From the IMG/VR virus record IMGVR_UViG_3300050015_000600, positions 1 to 64,000 of that record: DNA of 64,000 nt; one strand, given 5' to 3'. This DNA is from a virus. Shown piece after piece: positions 58,966 to 64,000 of this stretch. The notes under the pieces are model-generated. The model searched no databases, was not told the origin of the DNA, and saw only the letters and a program-made list of their open reading frames with translations. Position numbers and translations under genes: made by a program. The first letter of the stretch is position 1. Each line of letters begins with the position of its first letter.

Positions 58966-60774
58966 TTATTTATCCCGTTGTAAATACGAACTTGTAATAA
59001 GTGCACCAATGTTGTAATAATAATCTGTATATGCCGCTTTGTCTTTATACGGAGCTTTGACATTCTGTACAAAGTCCGGCACTGCTACCAACCCTGCTTT
59101 AACGGCGCGCTCTCCAACTTGTTGCAAAAACGCATGACCGGAATCTTTATCTGTCATCTGCCCTGTTTTTACTTTTAACGCGTTAGCATTAATACGTAAA
59201 CTTTCTTTCATTTCTTCGAACTTGTCATTACTGTAATACGGCAAGAATCCTTCATCTGACTTGACGTTGCCATCAGCGTCTTTGTATGTCATTTGTATCG
59301 GCACCCACGGCACGTTATGCGAAGCAGGATTTTTGCCATGGTCTCGCATTGCTGCTTGGATTCTTTGATTTGGATATGACGTTGTTTTGTCTATAACGTT
59401 TTTCTTCATTTTTGTATAATCCGAATCACCATACAATATACTCATTATAGCTTTTTGAGCAGTGTACAAATCATCAACATTGTTGTTTCCGATTTTACCA
59501 CTAAACAAATTTACTATACTAATATCTTTCGCCGCAGATTGTGCGTCACCAACAGTTAATGGATTTACCTTTTGTCCCGCGCCGTTCTTAATCCACCATT
59601 TATTACCTGTCAGCGCATTAGCATTAAGGAATCCAACGTCTCCTAAACCTTCGTGTGTCAAGCCTTTGGTATATTTTTTATACGTTCCTGTTACTTTGCC
59701 TAAGTCGTCTTGTACATTTACTACCGTTCCGTCTATACCTGTTAAATCTACGCCAGTGATTCGTTGTTGTGCTCCACCGCCTGGTGTTTTGGCTGGTTTA
59801 TTATAAGCACTTACTCCGATCTTTATTGTATCGTCGCCTACTGCTTCGTATTTTGGCGGTTTTGGCTCTCCGATTTGTGGCAAAGGTTCCGAGAAAGATG
59901 GTATTTGTGCTACCGTCCCTCTGCGTCCGCCCATTTCTTTATCCCATACCGTTCTTCCCCAGTCTAGTTGACCTTCTATTTTGCCCTGGCGCGCTTTATC
60001 CGCTATAATTGCCGCTTCTGCCGTATTCCCAGGCGATGTAGTGAGTTCTGCCGAGAATCCCATCCCGCCACGACGATTGTTTTCTTCTTGCACCCGCTGC
60101 AATTCTTTGTTATATCCAGCTTTTAATTCACCATTATATGCCGAATTTGAACCAGGCTTTAAAGCGTAAAATTCATATTTTGACCATACACCTTGATTAG
60201 CACCTCGCGATTTGATTTCTAAATCATTGACATACGCACCTATATCTTGTGCCGCTCCAATGGTTTTGAATCTATTATCTGTTGGGCTTACTGTCAATCC
60301 TCTTTTATTAGCTTCGTCGTATATTTCCGTCATGCTTGGCTTTATATCTTTCTCTGCCATCAGCTTCGCTAGAAATGATTTTTGTTTATCTATTATATCG
60401 CCGTCTTTGTCAGATTTTAATTTCTGGTAATTAGGGTCGGTCAATGCTATTTGATATGCCCGATCTGCATATTTATTGAATACCGGTGCAAACCATTTAT
60501 TATTTTCTACTTTGACGGGATTAACTGCCGGTGTTGTCGGCGCACTGTTTCCTCCGCCTGCCCTGCCTGCCGATAGCGTCGCATCCATTTTAATGCGCTT
60601 TTCCAACATGTCTTTTATATTAGTTTCGACAGGTCTGCGCGAATCAAAACGTACTTCGTTAGGGTCTTGGTCTTCTAAAGTTTGTATGTCGCTACCGCCT
60701 GTTTGGCTTTGCATATTGCTTAATCTGCTTTGACCCATATATGTGTTTAATAAACCCTGCGTGTTATTTATCAT
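58966..60774 (-). CDS. Virion cargo/ejection protein (putative)
   Basis: 602 aa, G/K/D-rich, within the cargo cluster. Confidence 0.5.
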   Translation of the reverse strand: MINNTQGLLNTYMGQSRLSNMQSQTGGSDIQTLEDQDPNEVRFDSRRPVETNIKDMLEKRIKMDATLSAGRAGGGNSAPTTPAVNPVKVENNKWFAPVFNKYADRAYQIALTDPNYQKLKSDKDGDIIDKQKSFLAKLMAEKDIKPSMTEIYDEANKRGLTVSPTDNRFKTIGAAQDIGAYVNDLEIKSRGANQGVWSKYEFYALKPGSNSAYNGELKAGYNKELQRVQEENNRRGGMGFSAELTTSPGNTAEAAIIADKARQGKIEGQLDWGRTVWDKEMGGRRGTVAQIPSFSEPLPQIGEPKPPKYEAVGDDTIKIGVSAYNKPAKTPGGGAQQRITGVDLTGIDGTVVNVQDDLGKVTGTYKKYTKGLTHEGLGDVGFLNANALTGNKWWIKNGAGQKVNPLTVGDAQSAAKDISIVNLFSGKIGNNNVDDLYTAQKAIMSILYGDSDYTKMKKNVIDKTTSYPNQRIQAAMRDHGKNPASHNVPWVPIQMTYKDADGNVKSDEGFLPYYSNDKFEEMKESLRINANALKVKTGQMTDKDSGHAFLQQVGERAVKAGLVAVPDFVQNVKAPYKDKAAYTDYYYNIGALITSSYLQRDK

Positions 60775-61520
60775 TATGCGCTCCCTTTTTTCTTCTGCGG
60801 TCTTGTCGAATGCGGTTTTGAACTATCACTGTAAGGCGGTCGAGAAGAATTATCGCTAAATTGCGTACCATTAGATTTACTCGCTATTTGGTCAAACACG
60901 TTATTATTCCAACTTGGGTCATAAGCGTTATTTCCTGTTATGTTAGGCACGTCGTTTTCTCCCATGTCTCTTTGCATTAGCGGCGTCGTGTCGGGATTTG
61001 TTATCTGGTCAAATATATTCCCTACTCTTGCAGGTTGCGGAGGTGGTTCATAAGCTGGCAGATTATTAAACGGAGTACCGTTATTCGGTACCGAAGGTTG
61101 TGGCGGTGGTTCTGCCGGCAACTGTTCGTTAGCACCTAATGTTTTATAATATTGATTGGGTGCTGTATATTCCCCCGTCGCTCTATCGCCAGCTATCCAT
61201 GCCGTAGGTGTTGGGTCTAAATATCGTCTGCTTGTCATATTTTGTTCATCTCTAATATTCCCATCTATTTCGTTTGCTATGCCAGCATAGCCATCCCTGC
61301 CAGCTTGTCTTGTTTTCTCGTCAGGGCTTCGCATCATTGATTCTAACAATGGCATAGTCGTGTTTAATTTTTGCATAGCCATCAAAGAGCGGTGTTTTGC
61401 TAAATCAGCTACTTGCGATTGTTGGTGTTTCGCAAAATCCTGTATCCTGCTATACACATTATTTGCATATTGCAAACCATCTTCGAAACCTCTCGCGTTG
61501 TCTAAAACTGTTATTGGCAT
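60774..61520 (-). CDS. Virion cargo protein (putative), P/N-rich tail
   Basis: Helical N-half and disordered C-half with repeated N(I/V)FDQI. Confidence 0.5.
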   Translation of the reverse strand: MPITVLDNARGFEDGLQYANNVYSRIQDFAKHQQSQVADLAKHRSLMAMQKLNTTMPLLESMMRSPDEKTRQAGRDGYAGIANEIDGNIRDEQNMTSRRYLDPTPTAWIAGDRATGEYTAPNQYYKTLGANEQLPAEPPPQPSVPNNGTPFNNLPAYEPPPQPARVGNIFDQITNPDTTPLMQRDMGENDVPNITGNNAYDPSWNNNVFDQIASKSNGTQFSDNSSRPPYSDSSKPHSTRPQKKKGSA

Positions 61521-61521
61521 T

Positions 61522-62406
61522 TTATTTTACTCCATAATTTGATTTGTCCCATCCAGCGGCATTAAACAACCCGCCGTTCGCCCAACCATTAACAATTGGA
61601 TTTGTTGATTCAGGCTGTTGTTTTTGCATTAACACATTTGGTTGCATCACATTCTCTTGTATCTTTCCAGCCAATCCTCCGCCCAAGCTATTAGCAAAAG
61701 CTCCTACCGTCTGGAACGGATTGTTTATCAAGCTGTCCTGCGAACCCTGCGCCGTACTGCTGACTGTCTGCGCTGCCAAGCCTTCCATATTCTGAAATTG
61801 GTTCATATAAGGAACTACATCGCGTTGGTATTGCTGTGCTAATCCTTGTTGATAAGCCTGTCCACCCTGCATACGCATGTCTTGTCCCATACCTGCCGCT
61901 CTAACAGCTTGTTGTCCTATCTGCTCATTGCTTTGCAAATTACTCTGTGCTGTCTGTTCACCGATACCGCGTGTTACATCGTTCATAGCACGTGCGTTAC
62001 CGCCTGTCATCCCTGCCATGTCGCCTATCTGTGTCTGTGTTCTATTCTGTTGTATCTGTCTCATTCTTCTTTCTGCTTCTGTACGTTGGCCTAACGTATC
62101 CTGCATCTCGCCTGCCATTCTATTTGCAGTAGCTCTGTCTTGTACTAAACTCGCATCCGGTGCGAAGCCACCTTCTGCTTTCTGATAACCTACCCGTGCA
62201 GCATTGCCTTTTTGTCCTGCCGCGTTAGTGTTTATCAAGAAGTTCGGTGCCGCTTCCGCTGCCATGTCTAACGCTTTTTGCTCTGCATCTCTTTGGCTTG
62301 TTGCCTGCCCACCTACCTGCGAAAGCCCTAACTTATTACCTAAGTAATTTATCCCTCCGCCAAGCAATGAACTGCCCGCTCCTATTGCTATTGTCAATGG
62401 ATCCAT
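61522..62406 (-). CDS. DNA-transfer/pilot-type ejection protein (P22 gp7-like composition)
   Basis: MDPLTIAIGAGSSLLGGGINYLG N-terminus, Q/A/G-rich helices. Confidence 0.6.
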   Translation of the reverse strand: MDPLTIAIGAGSSLLGGGINYLGNKLGLSQVGGQATSQRDAEQKALDMAAEAAPNFLINTNAAGQKGNAARVGYQKAEGGFAPDASLVQDRATANRMAGEMQDTLGQRTEAERRMRQIQQNRTQTQIGDMAGMTGGNARAMNDVTRGIGEQTAQSNLQSNEQIGQQAVRAAGMGQDMRMQGGQAYQQGLAQQYQRDVVPYMNQFQNMEGLAAQTVSSTAQGSQDSLINNPFQTVGAFANSLGGGLAGKIQENVMQPNVLMQKQQPESTNPIVNGWANGGLFNAAGWDKSNYGVK

Positions 62407-62477
62407 CTATACTCTCCCCTTATGATTAATTAATCTCTAAATTCATTTCTTTCCGCCTTTGCATCCGCCTTTCTTGC

Positions 62478-63005
62478 TCATTTTATCGCCTTCATGATTA
62501 ATATAGTTGTCAAAATTCCTACAGCAGTCCCTCCACCGAAGTACCACCAAGGGCTTATCGTCTTTTTTGTATTTGCCATCGTGTTCGTTGTATTGCTAAT
62601 CTGTATATAATCCGTCGTTCCTTTTAGCTTATAATCAAACAAATTCTCAGGGTACCTGTAACACACCTGCAAAGTATCAAAACCTTTCGCTCTCGGCAGA
62701 ATAGTATCTAAACAGGACACTATATTCGGTCTTTCTGTTATAACAAGAGTATCCGGTTTTGTAGTATCGCCTGCAAGTATAAAAAAGGTGTCTCTAACGC
62801 TCGTAGTAACGATTTTACCAGGCTTGGTGAATGTTATTGTATCTCGCAGAGAAATCGTCACTGTGTCGATTTTTGTTTGAATTATCGGCGGTAATTTCCC
62901 GCTCGATTTATAGCCGAAATAATATCCGCTCCCGAATATTCCACAGAGTAATAATATTATTACAGCTATTACTATCAATGTCGTTTTCATATTAATGTTC
63001 TTCAT
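62478..63005 (-). CDS. Membrane protein with N- and C-terminal TM segments and DT-repeats (spanin-like candidate)
   Basis: LIVIAVIILLLCGIFG...DTV/DTI/DTF/DTT/DTL...WWYFGGGTAVGILTTILI. Confidence 0.55.
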   Translation of the reverse strand: MKNINMKTTLIVIAVIILLLCGIFGSGYYFGYKSSGKLPPIIQTKIDTVTISLRDTITFTKPGKIVTTSVRDTFFILAGDTTKPDTLVITERPNIVSCLDTILPRAKGFDTLQVCYRYPENLFDYKLKGTTDYIQISNTTNTMANTKKTISPWWYFGGGTAVGILTTILIMKAIK

Positions 63006-63007
63006 CG

Positions 63008-63769
63008 CTAATGTACTTCTACAGCTAATTCTTTTAAAGTAATTTCTTTTTCTTTGGTGTCAAGAGCAGCCGTCGTAATCGTCCCAGGTGTCGTATTTGC
63101 ATCCCCTCTTAATTCCTTAGCGAATTTAGGTGCCCAGCTTACCCCTGGAATAGGAGGATATGCTTCGTCTATTGGTATTGGTGCCGGCTTTTGCCTCTTT
63201 AGTTCTTCCTTCAAAGCCGCAAGAACAACGCCTGGTCTAACAAAACTCTCATTGTTTCTCGGATAGCCCTGCCATACAGCCCATGTCTCTTTTCTAAAGA
63301 ACTGTGAATTAGCATATAGGTTCTCGTGCAACTTATGTCCAAAATGCTTAGGGTTATTTTGCCCCCAAAGAACTATACCGCGCTTCCCGTATTTTGCTCC
63401 CGCGTGTTGCAAGTAAGTGTCGCTCGATATAAAAGTCTTCGAGCCAAGTAATAAATCTCTCATTTGTTGTAACGTCAAATCCGGTCTTTTCTCGTCTATG
63501 CCATCTATAGCCGGCTCCATCCCTAAACCCGTTTGAATAACTTTTAGCTTAGGGAATGTTAGTTTAATAGCTTTTACAAGCTCGTTCCAATAAGGATAAT
63601 TCTTAGCGTTCTCGTGCCATTTACCCTCTTTGTCCTGCCATGAACTTGCAAAAGGCATTATTAGTATGTAATCGCCCTCCGGCAAGTCGCCTGTGCCTTT
63701 CGCCTGCGACATAATCTCTTTCATCGCGTATTTCTGGCTGGTCTCTTGTTCAATATTAATTTTTATCAT
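63008..63769 (-). CDS. Glycosyltransferase, GT9-like C-terminal domain
   Basis: KNYPYWNELV..VIQTG..LTLQQMRDLL..FISSDTYLQHAGA..GIVLWG..PKHFG. Confidence 0.75.
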   Translation of the reverse strand: MIKINIEQETSQKYAMKEIMSQAKGTGDLPEGDYILIMPFASSWQDKEGKWHENAKNYPYWNELVKAIKLTFPKLKVIQTGLGMEPAIDGIDEKRPDLTLQQMRDLLLGSKTFISSDTYLQHAGAKYGKRGIVLWGQNNPKHFGHKLHENLYANSQFFRKETWAVWQGYPRNNESFVRPGVVLAALKEELKRQKPAPIPIDEAYPPIPGVSWAPKFAKELRGDANTTPGTITTAALDTKEKEITLKELAVEVH

Positions 63770-63770
63770 T

Positions 63771-64000
63771 TTATGCTCCTGTGTGTATTGGTATTAAATA
63801 TTCTGATGCTTTTGTGTTGTCCTGACTCATTGTCTGTACCGGCTGTAAATGCCAATATGTCGTTGTCGGTATAACAAACAACTTCTTTCCTGATTGCGTA
63901 GCTCTTAAACAAAAAGCAGTATCTTCGCAGACTGTCATCTCTAATGACCAGTCCGGTTGGTGTAGTTTGTCGTCTTTCTTAAATGCAAAACAATGCCCGT
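63771..64000 (-). CDS. C-terminal end of a GT2-like glycosyltransferase (partial, not in the ORF track)
   Basis: Open frame from the right edge: GHCFAFKK...CEDTAFCLRATQSGKKLFVIPTTTYWH... Confidence 0.6.
   Translation of the reverse strand, partial: GHCFAFKKDDKLHQPDWSLEMTVCEDTAFCLRATQSGKKLFVIPTTTYWHLQPVQTMSQDNTKASEYLIPIHTGA

Noticed and set aside
58966-60774. DKDGD as an RNA polymerase DxDGD catalytic motif
   Set aside because: It lies in a low-complexity helical context with no other RNAP motifs, and similar (D/N)KDGN strings recur in the neighbouring protein.
722-63266. Many opposite-strand ORFs in the track (e.g. 722-1156, 15121-15606, 30479-31183, 55641-56336)
   Set aside because: They are antisense shadows of well-supported genes, with no SD or recognisable motifs.
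1-64000. Stop-codon reassignment (TAG read-through) as in some crAss-like phages
   Set aside because: Very long ORFs are intact in the standard code. The TAG stops checked (3275, 9643, 11855, 13960) are followed by out-of-frame starts or a terminator.

Overview
The whole window is part of a tailed dsDNA phage genome (podovirus-type, with crAss-like tail organisation) read in the standard bacterial genetic code. It has five blocks. (1) Minus-strand virion module at 1-20.6 kb: terminase, P22-like portal, scaffold, major capsid, five tandem ring/adaptor paralogues, a GH24 lysozyme, a 1693-aa muzzle/stabilisation protein and fibre proteins. (2) Replication/recombination module at 21-29 kb: RuvC-like resolvase, HNH, primase-helicase, PD-(D/E)XK nuclease, Sak4-like ATPase and a putative origin. 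(3) Middle/accessory genes at 29-40 kb: GroES, XRE regulator, SSB-like protein, a secreted protein with a T9SS-type C-terminal sorting domain, FmdB zinc ribbon and an Nmad1/DUF1599-like protein. (4) A 1-kb non-coding divergence region, then an AT-rich early operon (41.4-47.5 kb) ending in a tyrosine recombinase, then an RNA-gene cluster at 48.1-48.8 kb. (5) Ejected-cargo proteins and glycosyltransferases at 51.8-64 kb. Promoters match the Bacteroidota TTTG-N20-TAnnTTTG consensus, yet many genes carry clear Shine-Dalgarno sites. The most unusual signal is five short anticodon-less tRNA-like elements (acceptor stem plus T-arm, sequence-divergent but fully covarying) that punctuate the early operon, each 35-37 nt upstream of a start codon. 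Nearby are a tRNA-shaped RNA whose anticodon arm is replaced by an ~85-nt structured insert, and a ~370-nt pseudoknotted ncRNA. All protein calls are from motif recognition by eye; no database searches were run.
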